From positions 282,479-346,478 of the forward strand of contig NW_003314364.1 of assembly GCF_000143415.4 (NCBI RefSeq): a stretch of 64,000 nucleotides of DNA. Reading direction: 5' to 3'. Below, piece by piece: positions 40,017 to 53,197 of the stretch. A program made the position numbers and the translations under genes. The stretch is from Selaginella moellendorffii. Lineage: Eukaryota; Plantae; Lycopodiophyta. Below the pieces are notes generated by a model, which made no database searches, was not told the origin of the DNA, and was given only the letters and a program-made list of their open reading frames with translations. Position 1 is the first letter of the stretch, and every line of letters starts with the position of its first letter.

Positions 40017-40107
40017 TGTGAGACACAAAATCCCTAGGCCCCAAAGTGGAGCCGGAAGGGTGCCATGTGGTGGTGGCCGAAGCGAAAACCAAACGAGCGT
40101 AACGCGT
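40017..40107 (+). mobile_element. first 91 nt of a family-1 LTR
   Basis: TGTGAGACACAAAATCCCTAGG...GTAACGCGT then a new LTR start. Confidence 0.85.
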
Positions 40108-42481
40108 TGTGAGACACAAAATCCCTAGGCCCCAAAGTAGAGCCGGAGGGGCACCACGTGGTAGTGGCCGAAGCGAAAGCCAAACGAGCGTAACACATTT
40201 GAACTAAAAGCTCCGCCTTGAAAGGTCGAGAGCGGGAGTGGAACCCCTAACAAAGCGCTTGAGGAATGAGCATGAAGCGAGCCATAAGCGAGGCTCCAAA
40301 AAGGGACCCGAGATGGACCCGAGATGGAGTCCGAGATGGACCCAAGATGGACCCGAGATGGAGTCCGAGATGGACCCGAGATGGAGTCCAAGATGGACCC
40401 GAAATGGAGTCCGAGATGGACCCGAGATGGACCCAAGATGGAGTCCGAGATGGACCCAAGATGGAGTCCGAGATGGAGTCCGAGATGGAGTCTGAGATGG
40501 ACCCGAGATGGAGTCCGAGATGGACCCGAGATGGAGTCCGAGATGGACCCGAGATGGACCCGAGATGGAGTCCGAAGTCGAGACCGAGACCGGGACCAAG
40601 ACCGAGACCGAGACCGAGACCGAGATTGGGACCGAGACCAAGACCGAGGCCGAGGCCGAGACCGAGCCTGAGCCCGAGTCCGAGTCCAAGTCCGAGTCCG
40701 AGTCTGAGTCCGAGTCCGAGTCCGAGTCTGAGTCCGAGTCCGAGTCCGAGTTCGAGTCTGAGAGGGTGAAAGCCCAAAGCGTTCGTCTCCCAGACTCTGG
40801 GGGGTTTGGTGAGCTCCAAAAGTATAGTAGGGGGAGGACTGCAGTGGAGCCAGTTTGGCCAGGAAAGGCCAGTTTGGCCCAGGAAGGCTAGACCCAGTGT
40901 TGGGTGATGAGCTGCCCACTGGGAAGTCCAAGACTAGAGTGAACACGGACCGACAAGCGGGGTAGCTTGGTGAAGTGTTCAAGAGCCGGCTCTAGTTCCC
41001 CCGAGAGATCGACTGGCCGATGCTCCCAGTCCAAGTGTGGGTGGCACTACCTACTTGGATACCTGTCATGGCTCAACGGAACCTCGCTCTAAGCCCATGG
41101 CTAGAGCACCTAAAGGCGAAAGGTGGGGAGAGTACCCATGAGGCTTGCGTAAGGCCACGGTGTTCCGAAATGTTGTCCCAAAGTCCCAAACGGTGAAAGG
41201 GAAGAGGAGTAGGCCTCTAATGCAGTGACCAAGGATACGGTCACATGGTGAGGAAGTCCCAAAGGATAGTGGGACTTAGCAGTCAAGCCTGTGGGCCTCA
41301 ATCCAGTGGCAGTGTTGGCGAACACGGCCATGGACTAAAAGGGACTGGGTGGGGACTGGAAAAGAGTTGTCGGGGAAGGCTATTCCCCATATTTGCGGGC
41401 ATCCTAAGGATGCTAAGGAGTAGATCTGGGATGATCGCTCATGGACGGACGGCCCAGTCTTTGAGAGACGGGATTATGATGTAGGTGGCGTTAGACCACC
41501 GGTGTGACCAAGGTGAATGGGCATGGCCTAGTGTAACGGGCTGGTATGTCGGTGGTACCTTGGGGTGTCGGTCATGGGATCGGACACATGGAGCACTTGG
41601 ACCAAGTGCAAAGGTTGAGTGGCATGGATGCCATTCTCAGGGCTGGCAAGCCCCAAGTCCTAACTAGGACTTATGGAGGTTGTGAATGAGACTCCTTCAA
41701 GTGGTCGGAGGTGCAGTTAAGTGACTAAAGTAAAATGGAAAAATTAGTCGCTTACAATTTGGTATCGGAGTTGTTCCTTAGTCCAACTTTTATTGGTGCT
41801 CAAGTATATCACCATTGATGTTGGCATCGGAAGGTCCTAGGAGTGGGCCTATCTTGGAGGAGTAGCATGTCGAGATGACATGGCTCTCCACTCAAGTTCA
41901 CGCGTGAACTTGGGCACAATGTGGTGGATAAAAAAAGGCCAATAATGAAACGACTTTGGGATCTTGGGAACAGTATAAGGTCTCCTCAGAGAGCTGAGGA
42001 TGTGATCCTAATGAGCGTTTGATGCAGCAAACAGGCTAACGTAGTTGTGATAAACAACTATAGTTGGGATCACGGGAAAGATGTAGACTCCAAAACAATA
42101 AAGGAGTCACAAGATTATCCTCATATAATTGAGGTTGGTGCTCATGAATGTGAGACCAGAGGTAATGACCGTGGGAGGTCAAATACGGAAGAGGACTCAA
42201 GTCCTTGAAATGGTAGATGGGGCTACCTTTAATAAATGCTGGAACAACCCAAGGAGTTGGGGGGTGTACTTAGAGATGAGTTGGTATTCTGATCGCATGG
42301 ACAAGTAGTCCTAAGGGGCAAAGGTTGGGACTTATGGAGGTTGTGAATGAGACTCCTCCAAGTGGTCGGAGGTGCGGTTAAGTAACTAAAGTAAAATGGA
42401 AAAATTAGTCGCTAACAGTGTGTGGGATTATAAAGTGAGCATACCTGGATTGAGGAACCACTCCCTATGCTATTGGGTAGG

Positions 42482-43077
42482 TGTAAGCTCCTGAGTTTGG
42501 ACTTCCCAGGAGGTCACCCAGCCCAGTACTATTCAAACCCAAGGACGCTTAACTCCAACTATCCCAAGACCCTTAACCGATTGGAAAAGGGGGTGCACTC
42601 TTGTTCATGGGCCCTTTCCCTCTATATTTGAACCCCAACGGATCGTCTTTCGAGTCGTTCCCTTTAGTTGCTTACAATCCACCACGCTTCCCTGCAAGTT
42701 CACGCCCTCGTGAACGGAAGCTGAGAGCCGCAGCTCTCCCGAGAGCCTCGCTCTCTTGACACCCTACCCCTCGGGTCGAGCCCAGCGGGAGCAAACTGGA
42801 CCAGCCAGATGTCAATCAACATGTGGTGTGATTCCCTTAAGCCAACCAACAGAGTCGGACCCAAGACCCCTCTGATACCAAATGTAAGCTCCTGAGTTTG
42901 GACTTCCCAGGAGGTCACCCAGCCCAGTACTATTCAAACCCAAGGACGCTTAACTCCAACTATCCCAAGACCCTTAACCGATTGGAAAAGGGGGTGCACT
43001 CTTGTTCATGGGCCCTTTCCCTCTATATTTGAACCCCAACGGATCGTCTTTCGAGTCGTTCCCTTTAGTTGCTTACA
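42482..43077 (-). mobile_element. Cassandra TRIM carrying 5S rRNA promoter-like sequence
   Basis: Identical 195-bp LTRs (42482-42676, 42883-43077), TSD GTAGG, reverse PBS CTCTGATACCA. LTR reverse complement AGTTAAGCGTCCTTGGG...AGTACTGGGCTGGGTGACCTCCTGGGAAGTC matches 5S A/C boxes. Confidence 0.95.
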
Positions 43078-43345
43078 GTAGGTTCATCCCTAAGAATACT
43101 TGCTAAGGCATGATAGAAAGTGCAAAGCTATCCTCCTGGTCTGGAGGAGAATGACCGAAGGAAAGGTGTGAAGCCAAAAGCAAGAAGTAAGGGGGATAGA
43201 ACCGAACCATAGGAATCGAAAGACATCACCAAGGTTGGTTATGCCAGCTAGGAGTGGAGAATCAAGTGGGGGCTTGAGGGTGTTGCTGCTAGCAACCGTG
43301 ATGCCATGGAGAGTCTAAAATATGGAATTGTCCATGTTAGACTAT

Positions 43346-44493
43346 TGTAAGCCACAAATTTTTCCTTTCCAATTTGCCAGCTTACCTCGTCTATCCGTCC
43401 AACACTGCCTTGGCTTTTGCTAAGTTCCCTTGCCAAGGTTCTCGCCTATGGTACCAGCTCTTACTTGGTTTCAGCTACTCACTGCACGAGCAACGGAGAG
43501 TTAGCCATCCTTCCACGGATTCCCAAATCACTCCCAATCCCCCTCCCCGGGTTAGACTGGACTTAAGGTTCGGCTACACTCCCCGCAAGCACAAGCAGCC
43601 AAGCACACCAAGCTTCCAGATTCCTAACATCCCTTGGTACCACAAGACTTGATCATGGGACCCTCTAAATCCCAAGTCTTGAGTGCAACACTTGCTTCGG
43701 GACGCCGGGGCGAAACACCGTGGCCTAACGGCCCGGTATGGGTACCCCTCGCCCCCCACATCCATCCCGAAGGAAGGCCCAAGCCCCTAGGAAGGGCGAG
43801 GACCAATGAGCCGCATGGTACTCAAGTGGGGCACCACTCCACATGAGCCGGGAGCACCGCAATCGGTTTCCCTTTCGGGAGTGGGAGCTGCTCTTGAGCA
43901 CTTCCTTGGATGGCCCCTCCGGCACCAGCCAAGTCCATGCTCACTCCCACCCAAGGCCCCTTAGTCCCAGTCCCAACCTCAAGTCGGTTTGGAAGCCCAA
44001 CTGGAGAGTCCCTTCAAAACTGGTTCCTGGACCTCACTATCCCTACTATACTTTTGGAACCCCCTGCAGCCCCCCCCCCCTGGGGGACGCACGCTTTGGG
44101 CTTTCACCCCTTGACCCGTATTAGTATTTGGACTTAGTCTCTGGCTCGATCTCGGATCCGATTTCGGATCCGACTTCGGATTCGGTCTCGGACTCGATCG
44201 CGGACTCGATCTCGGACCCGATCTCGGGCCCGACCTCGGACTCGACTTCGGACTCGGTCTCGGACCCGATTTCGGATCTCGGACTCCGTCTCGAACTCGG
44301 TCTCGAACTCGGACTCGAACTCGGTCCCCGAGTCGGTCTCGGACTCGATTCCGGACTCGATCTCGAACTCGGTCCTAGAGTCGGTCTTGGACTCGATCTT
44401 TGACTTGGTCCCATCCGATGAACTCTTTGTCATTTTGGTCATGCTTTCGGGGTTCCCTTAGCCTACGACACCTCGGCGAGTTGGTTCCTTACA
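43346..44493 (-). mobile_element. solo LTR, family 2
   Basis: Reverse complement of the 20129-21255 LTR, TG...CA, perfect TSD ACTAT. Confidence 0.92.
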
Positions 44494-45095
44494 ACTATGT
44501 GGCAATTGGAAAGCTTGCAAAAAGGGAGGCCTTAGTAAGCTAAGGGACAGAGTTCCTTCAAGGTTCCTAAAGATGATTCTAGGTAGTTTAGTACCTAGAA
44601 AGGCCAAGTGTAAATGGTTCATAGAACGCGCGAAATCAAAGTGGCGCAGCAAAAGCGTGGTCTTGAAGCTTGCCATGAGGCAAGGCTATCAAGATTAGGG
44701 AAGAAGTTCCCGAGTGTTCAAAGAGAGGGCTTTGAACGAAAGTCGATGACCAAGGGCTTTCACGCTTGTGCATGAACCATGTTATAGTGGTCGGAGGACT
44801 TGCCAAAGCGAGATTGGCAAGTCAGGGGAACAAATACCCTAGTTGAAGGTGATAACTTCAAAAGGGTGGGCCATGGGGCCAAGCATGGAGGAGTCCATGC
44901 ATGATCATAGACTTGTCAAGTGAGAGGACTTGGCAGTGTGGAGGAACTAGGTTCCTAAGCTGTGATCTATAGCGCGCTTTGAGTATAAGTTGGTGCACCG
45001 GCGTGTGGAGTCACGCCAGGCATCCTGGGTGATGCCGTCCGTAGATGCATATACGGAGGTTGGGTTCGAGTCCCAACCCTCTAGTGCTTGGGTTC

Positions 45096-46020
45096 AATGC
45101 AACGCATATGTACATTTCTCCAAGTCCCTTAGGGACTGATACAAAAAGCAAGAATCCCTTAGCGTTGTTCACTCAACTACGCTGTCCTGCAATTCTCCAC
45201 CTAGTAGTGATCGCTGCCCTCCAATCATGGCTGCTGTGGTCGTCGCCTTCGCAGTGCATCCAGCGCCAGATCACCACGTCGAGCCTCCTTTGTTACCGTG
45301 TCCGAAGGTCTCCATTTCCACTTGACCTCCCCCTCGTGTTCAGTTCCGTAGCACGGAGTCCATAGTCGTCGCCAAGCTGTGAGTGCCTCCCTGTTTTTCC
45401 CATGCTCCTGGAGCAGCGTATCCCTCAAGCGGATAGCAGCTAGTGTGAGCCTCCACCAATTCGCCATGATCGCTGAAATCCGAGCGCACTGCCCTTCGAA
45501 GTGGTTGCGGTTCGGAACCTCCCAGAGTGCCTGTACCCCGGAAGCCCGCCATACCTCCCATCTCGCCCGTCCAAGGGCCTCCCACACTGTAGTCCCAACT
45601 TCGGCGCCTACCGCGTCCCACCTAACTCGGGTGCCCCATCCTGAGCGTCCCCAACACCCGATCTTCCGCCAAGCTGCTCCTGTGCATGGTCCCCTTGCCT
45701 CTGGAAACCATTGGGTGACATCCCCTTCTCGAATTTCGAAATCCTGCTTGTCCCCTAGTTCCCTCGTCGCTTTTGCTACCTGCCGCCACGTCTCCTTGGC
45801 CACGTCATAATCCCAGAGGAGGTGTGTGACCGTCTCCAGTTCCCCGCATTCCGGACACTTGCGAGCATTCTCCGCTTGAAATCGCTGGCCTACCGGCAGC
45901 CCATTCGTCGCCACGAGCCAAGAGGTTACCTTTGATTTTTCCTGGATCGGTAGTTTCCAGAATGCCACAGTATTGTCAATCACCTGGTCCACCTCCACTC
46001 CTAGCGTGATCCACTTTTGC
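45096..46020 (-). mobile_element. 5'-truncated L1-like LINE (ORF2 C-terminus, zf-RVT)
   Basis: 16-bp TSD TCTAGTGCTTGGGTTC (45080-45095, 46021-46036). ORF 45225-45998 FWKLPI..K...WL...NGLP...CPECGELETVTHLLW. Confidence 0.88.
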
Positions 46021-48879
46021 CACAGTCATGAGATTTCTTCTCTCTCAAATTCCCTGTTCACCATCAAATCGTTCCGCGCATCTAGTGCTTGGGTTCGAGT
46101 CCCAAATCACTAGGGCGTGGTGATGATTTGGAATATGAGGACACTCATATTTCGGTGGTCATGGACTCTCAGTGTGGAGACTGGTTTGGGCACACTGCCA
46201 AGCGAGGGATGCCTTGGAGTCGTGATGCACGGTTAGATTGCTTAGTGTGAAAGCTCGGCATATCTAACTTGAACGCTTTGGTGCAAATGGCACCAAGGAC
46301 GTGGTGAGTGAGATGGGGACACCTAATCTCAGTTGCTATGAACCCTTGGCCATAAGGGCTGGCTTGGGTGCACCGCCAAGTGTGGGGGATGCCCCTGGGG
46401 TTATAGTCAACAATTTGAAGGTCTAGAAGACCAAATACCTATTGGCAACTCTGTTAAGGTGCCAAGGTGATATCACTAGGTGATCTTGTGGCTAAATAAG
46501 GACAAGGTCCTTGTTTGGGCTAAGGAATAAGGTTCCTAGTTCAAAGTGTTGATTTGAACTATTGATGATGGTGTGGCTTGGTCAAGGTGACCAAGTGGGA
46601 AAAGCACCTTAGGGAAATGAGCTATGTCATTGCGATGGCATAGTGTGTCCAAGGAAAGTAGTCTCTAAAGAGGCCCATGGGAGGGTCACAAAGTTGGGCC
46701 GTGGATAGAGCCCACAGCAGAAGATGCTAAAGAGACTTACTAGGGGTGAACACCCTAGTCTTGGCAAAGCAGAGCCTTTGCTATGGAATCAAAAGAATAC
46801 CTCAAGGAGGGGGGTAGAGAGTCGGTGTTGCTTGGTGCAACAATCAATGGATAGGAGCAAAAGATGAGTGGCTAAGATAGGGCTATGGAATCCCTTGGAA
46901 GGAATCCAAGTGGCAAAGTTAGGCGAGGAACACTAATGTGTTGGACACTAACAAATTGCGGGAAAGGAAGTGTGCTTCCAAGGATGGATTCTGAATTGCT
47001 CCGATTTGGCGAAAGGGGAAGCTCCAAAGGAAGGAGCGGTAAGGTAGCCAAATGATAGGGCCATGAACAGCTTTAGCACAAAGTGTGATAACTAGAACTT
47101 AGTGCCCCAGGGTGGCACGAAATAGAAGAGAGGATGATGGTGCCTTCGAGCAGAGAACTTCCTAGGATGGGAAGTGGAGTTGCACAAAAGGTGCAAGGCA
47201 AGGTGTCGGAGACACCTAGGAAATTGACTCTAAAAAGTCAAAATTCAAAGTTCCAAAGTGCAAAGGTTATATCGATGGGAACTGAGACCACTCGAGAATG
47301 AGTAGTGGGAATTGAGTTAAAGAAGATATCTCTAACAGGTTTAGTGAGAACTGAACCAATAAAAGGGAGCAAACCACCCCAGGTGGTCGAATAAGTCTCT
47401 ATGTTGGAAAGACTATGCTCCTTAGAGGATGGGCAAGGCATAGTGAGCCTTTAGTGTCAAACCATTGACGAATATGGAGAAGGCATGGTGAGCCTTCAAT
47501 GTCAAACTATTGACAAATATTGGCTAGGTGCCAAGGATGGAATTGGTAACACATGCGGGTGTAACTTTATAAAATAGTTTATCGTTTGATGAGGACATTG
47601 AACTTAGTCTATGGGTGGTGGAGTTGTGAGACACAAAATCCCTAGGCCCCAAAGTAGAGCTAGAGGGGTGCCACGTGGTAGTGGCCAAAGCGAAAGCCAA
47701 ACGAGCGTAACACATTTGGACTAAAAGCTCCGCCTTGAAAAGTTGAGAGCGGGAATGCTCTATTTCGTTAAAGTGGGATTTATTCAGTAAAATGGGACTA
47801 GGTACAAATTTTCAAGTATTTGAAAATGACGTGAAATTATATGTTTTTTGTTCAGGGGCTAGACATATCTGGGGCATGGTGACTAGCGCGGTGACTTTAT
47901 GTCCAGACTGAGTCCATCTGGTTGTATAATAAATCTCATTGTCAAGGTGAACAAGCCGAATCTGAAGCTAAAGAAGAGCGATGGCATGCGCGCACACACT
48001 ATTTGTTTGTTCATTGAGTGTGTGGTGAGCTTTCCAAGATGAACGTCATTCCTATTAGCCAGACATATCACTTAATGGTGAGAACATTTAGATATTATTC
48101 AATGTTATCTTTTTCTAACGAATCTAATTGTGAAGGTGTAGCAAGAGGCATTGCTAGTCTGGAGAAGTCATTTAACTCATTTGACCCTTAGTGTATTTTC
48201 ATGAAACTAAATAACATTCATATTATTAAGGAATTTCTCTAGTACCTTTTTTTTACGACATAGAGGCTTGCATTTCTTTCAAAGGTGATTTAGTAAAAGG
48301 CCTGAGGGCACATGCCATTCTATTTCTCAGACCGGTATTAAGATATACTAGTGCAAAGGGAAAAAGGTATTTGGTGATCAAGTAAATGGCATGAGGGCAC
48401 ACGCCATTATAAGCCTAAGCGCTAGTGGACACCTCCTTTTTGGTACTCTCAGCGGTACTATCATCCTTCTCCGGGTCAATTGTTTTGCTTTGGATTGTTG
48501 TCTCTGACGTTACTGGGGCGTTCTCGATAGTTGTTAATGTTGCCGTTTGTTCAGAAAAATGATCACCTGGAGTATAGTACGGGGAGTTTGGAAGACTTAT
48601 ATATTCTACATCTTCACCTATCTCCTTCTCCGTCTCCTTTTCTGCCTCACTTACAGATTTTGTGCTTGCCATGAGAACGCTCTTCACCCTAAAATATGGA
48701 GTTCGTTGTGTTATAAAAGGAAACCAACACACACGCTGCAAGGGAATGATGGTACATAAAGCACGTAAGCCCACAATATGGGTTTATGTGCCATTAATAT
48801 GGGCCACACGCCATATTATTAGATTTATGCACGTGTGATTGGTAAATGCATATGTCACATCATCTCAGGCCACATGCCA

Positions 48880-51876
48880 TCACGCCTCCTCTGATTCAAA
48901 TTTGGATTGTTCACCTTGAAATAAAATACATTAGAAACTTAGTAAAGGAATATTAATGAATCTCACCTTGAACCCGGGTTATGAATGCTCTTGCTGCATC
49001 TCTTGCATGGTCTGGCAAGGTGATGGTGGCACTCTGCTTTCGCATCCAACCATGCACAACATTTTCCACCGATATGCTCATGCTGGGATCCCTTGGATTC
49101 AGCACCCATCTCTTTTCTAGGCAATCCTTCGTATATCCGGAACTTGGCTTGAACCACTCCACAGTGACATTGAAGGAATTAGTTTCCGCGTCCTCCTCTG
49201 CATCAGTGATGCAGCGCCCCACCCATATCATTTGTTTTTTATTACTGGGTCTGACAAGCACGACCATTCCTTTGCAGACCTGTACTGGATTGAATGCTGA
49301 ATCCGGCTTCTTATTCCTCGGCCCACAATAGTGATCCTCAACATCGTTATCTGTCACTGCATTTCCAGAGGACATTGTTCCGCTACTATCTGGTGCTCTG
49401 GGTTCTGGCCAAAAGGACTCTTCCAATTCTTCATATACAACCGGCCCATTTTGGATAGCAGATATAATCTTCTCCCAGTATTCGAGCAAAGGCTTGCACC
49501 ACTGAAAATAGGATTCTCCACCAAACACCAACCCCCTCTTCCAGAAGGCAATATGCTGTCTAATCCCGGCCACTATACTTTCCTGGTCTTTGAGTCCATC
49601 CGGGTGCATCGGCCGTGGGGAACCCTGAGGAATCATAGGTTCCCCAGTTATGGGATCTCTTTTGAAGAGTTCAATGCCGTCCATTGGCAACCACACTGTG
49701 TCCCATTCTCTCATCTTGTACCTCATCACTGGAGCACCGTCACGCATGCTGAAATGAAACTGAAGAGGCTTGGAGTGGCCAATCAGCATTTCGGATCCGT
49801 CCCTAATGTAGCCTCTTACAAACCCCTTAAAGTCTGGAACCTCTGTCACAAGTGCAGCTTCAACAGTGCCTTTGATGCAATTTTGGAATTCATCGTAGAG
49901 TTGTGGGAGGGTGAGGACATTGGATTGCCGGAGGGACTCTGCCAGGTGACTGAACATGGCATCGACGTCTTCATGAGTGTGCCCAACCATGAGAAAGCCA
50001 AGTGTAACCGTTTCAAATATGCCTTTGGCAACAAGCATCGCCAAGAACGCGAAGACGTACATGTTTTTGTTCTCACTGCCAGCATTGTCTGTTTGGAGCA
50101 GAAGATGGGGTGGAAGGCCACATCGGCCGCAAGAACTTCCTTGAGATTCTGCTTCGTTTGGATGAGGCTATGCATTCACCGGGCGACCAGCCTCGTCAGA
50201 ATGGCATGAGGCCTCACGTGATAACCCTACAATCTGACGGCCAACATATTCACTGGGATGGCATGGGGCCCCACGCGATACTGCAAGCCTTTGCTCCTCC
50301 TCTGGAAGAAGTTCCCATAGTTCTGGGCACCATGCCCATGAGCGATTATGCCAAACAGAGACACAGGCAGCTGCATGGATGAAGAGATTGCCTTGGGGGC
50401 AGGATTGAGTCGAGGTAAGGACGTCTTTTTCTGGTCCATTTTGTCGTGGATGATGCAGAGGTAAGAGTCAGGTCTCTCCATGGAGAGAATCCTGTTATGA
50501 TAATATGCAGTCCTGCAGCTTCTTTGCTCGATGTTGTGGTCGAGCCGCCTTCTAACCAACGTCTCTCGCTCTTGAGCGCTGCAAGAATTCTTCGACAAAG
50601 CCATTTTGATAGCAGTGCACTCGTCACACTTTGAAAAGCTGGAGTACTTTCCTATACTCACATCCCTGAACCTGTTGCTCCACAATCTACTAAATCTAGA
50701 TTGGCTCAGCTTCCTGTAGCCATTACTCTGGAGTTCCCGATTCACATCTTCCAATATGGCCCCCTTGGTATACATGGAAGGGAGAACTCGTTGGGTGTCT
50801 CATGTTCCATCTTCCAAAAGGCGGGTTTTATGTGGTTGCTGCTCGCTACATGTCTTGACAAACCTCTTGAAGATTGCCTCTCCATATACAACATGACCCC
50901 TGGTTTTGTGCGTACTGTCGTTCCCATGGACTGCCTGTTGAACCCTTTGTTCCTCGAACTTAGTTTTGATTCTGTAGAATGTGGTTCGAGGGACTCCATA
51001 AATGATTCTCCATGCCTTCATGCAGACCAAACCCCTCTGGAAGACCATGCCCCCCACCTGATGTTCTGAAGCATCAACAGATGACCGTAATGCCTCATAC
51101 ACAAAATTGCGAGTTGCCTTCCAGGACAATGTCTTGTATCTTGCTCTCTCCTCTTCAATAGCATCCCAATCAGCATGTTGACAGCACCTCCTCTTGCAAC
51201 AAGCAACTGTCGAGACCATTCGAACCTCCATCGCCATTTTCTGCCTTTTCGGTTCGTTGCTCAGATCCCTTTGGCTGCGCTTTAGGAAGGTGTACTTTCT
51301 TTTCCCATGAAGAGATGTTCTGTCATCAGTTGTAGTGGTGTTTGATTGTGAATCCTTCACATTCTCAAACACTAAGTGCCTCAATTTCCACCGCACAATG
51401 CTTCCAATAGTCAGACTGTTTTCTTCTGTGTCAACAACCTCTAAAATCGCAACTCCAATATCATCCCAGCCCAATTCTTGATTAGCAACCGCATCTCTTG
51501 GATCGACAACTGTGGCTAAGCCCTCAGCTACCACCTCCCCCTCGGGGTTGTTTAGAAACATCTTCGCCTGAATCCATGTAGCACGGTTCTTAAGATCCAC
51601 GGAGGGAACATGCGTCGCACTTGCGCTGTCCCCAACATCTGCTTTCTTCTGAAGATTTTTCAAGGCAACAACAACATTTACCCCGACGACCATCTCTCCT
51701 CGTTCAATAGCGACCACATTCCCATCGAAGACAGTCTCTACTGATACAGCAGCATTGCCTTCCCCAAGCCTTTCACAGTGTATAACAAAGTTCCGATCCA
51801 TAGACACAAGGGTCCCTTTTGCAACTCTCTTCCCACCATTCAAAATGTAAACCTTTTCCCCAACCCTGAAGGCCAT
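48880..51876 (-). pseudogene. Sola1/DUF7869-like transposase, copy B, disrupted
   Basis: CGA>TGA stop at 50800-50802 and net 145-bp deletion at ~50303 relative to copy C. N-terminus MAFRVGEK with two VA(K/E)G repeats. Confidence 0.88.
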
Positions 51877-52028
51877 TCTGAAAGTGCAGAAAAGAAGTTA
51901 AGACCATACAAAAAATGATTGGAGAATGGCCTAAATCATAACATACCAAACAACCTCAATAGCATGAGGCCACATGCCATTATTCAAACATGCTATTGAC
52001 ACCCACGTGAAATTTTGCATTCACAAAA

Positions 52029-52050
52029 TTGGCATGAGGCCTCATGCCAT
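52029..52050. promoter_or_regulatory. best example of the element's dispersed 22-bp palindrome (perfect 20-bp TGGCATGAGGCCTCATGCCA)
   Basis: About 22 related copies in unit B, with matching copies in A and C. Function is inferred. Confidence 0.6.
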
Positions 52051-53171
52051 CTTGATATACACACAGCTGCAGGCAAGTAAAAACATACATGACAATATGC
52101 TAGCCATGAAATTGCAAGGGCCCAAGATGGCATGTGGCCTCATGCCATTTCTAAATGTGGTCCTAAGCCATTCCATGGTGAACATACCAGGAAGCACAAG
52201 TGCCGAATATCAAGAGGAAGCGGTAGCCACACCAAAGACAGTGCTGCTCGCAACACCGCAACTACTCATAGCGCCGCTCGCAACACCGCAACTGCTCGTA
52301 GCGCCGCTCGCACAAACTGCCACTCGCATAAATTGCCGCTCGCAATGGCGCTCGCAATGCCGCAACCGCTCGTAGACGCATAAACCACAGCCCACAACGC
52401 CACTTACACAAGCAGCGCTCACTGCGCTCAGCGGAACCAAGAACACGGCGCACAAAAATGATAGACCTAGGAATGAGTTCGAGAATTCAAAAATAACACA
52501 CGCTTGAATGTCACATCAAATCCTCTGACAAACCAGATCTTATGACTCCTCTGAAAAATTTCAAACTGAGTAGCTTCTAGACTTTGCTGTCGGAGGTTGA
52601 ACTTTGTCACATCATGTCCTTGCCTCGATCCAGCTGTGCCATGTCAGTGATTCGAACTTTGCCATGCCATGTCAGCGATCCGCGCCAAGATTATTCGCCG
52701 TGTAAAGGAATAATTATGCTCTGTGTGTACGTCCATTTATGGCAATATAAGGCCACACGCCATTCAAAGAATAATGCTAGTCGAGCATTTTTTGGTGCAT
52801 TTTTGGGTTCAAAATTGCATGAGCCCACACGCTATAAAGTTTACCTGTACCAAAAATAGAAACAGCTTTATTTACTTGGGAATTTAAGTGGTTGAGGCAT
52901 TTTTAAACTTACAAACACATGCCCTACTTACATTCCTTTGGTTGCTTAAAATTCAAAAATATTATAAACTTTTCTTTTTGCATTTTCAATGTTTTCAATT
53001 ATGGTTTTTGATTTTCGCAGGACCAGCCTAGTAATCTATTTGCATCCCGTCATGTTTATAGCTAGCTTTCGTTTGTCCCCTTCACTCGCCTGAGATACAT
53101 CTGCTCGGCATCTGCCTCTTACAGCATTTGCCTAGAAAGGGCATCTTTCTTCACGCAGCATTTGCCACATG

Positions 53172-53197
53172 TTTAGGGTTTAGGGTTTAGGGTTTAG
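53172..53197 (+). repeat. interstitial plant telomere repeat (TTTAGGG)3.7
   Basis: TTTAGGGTTTAGGGTTTAGGGTTTAG. Confidence 0.9.

Larger units (their letters stand above)
40108..47756 (+). mobile_element. family-1 non-autonomous LTR element with nested Cassandra, solo LTR and LINE; 3' LTR cut by DNA transposon copy B
   Basis: 5' LTR 40108-41756, PBS 41760, internal region collinear with 23886-28035, PPT 47611-47624, 3' LTR stub 47625-47756. Confidence 0.9.

Noticed and set aside
42499-42957. Functional 5S rRNA genes
   Set aside because: Only the ~56-bp internal promoter part, embedded in Cassandra LTRs
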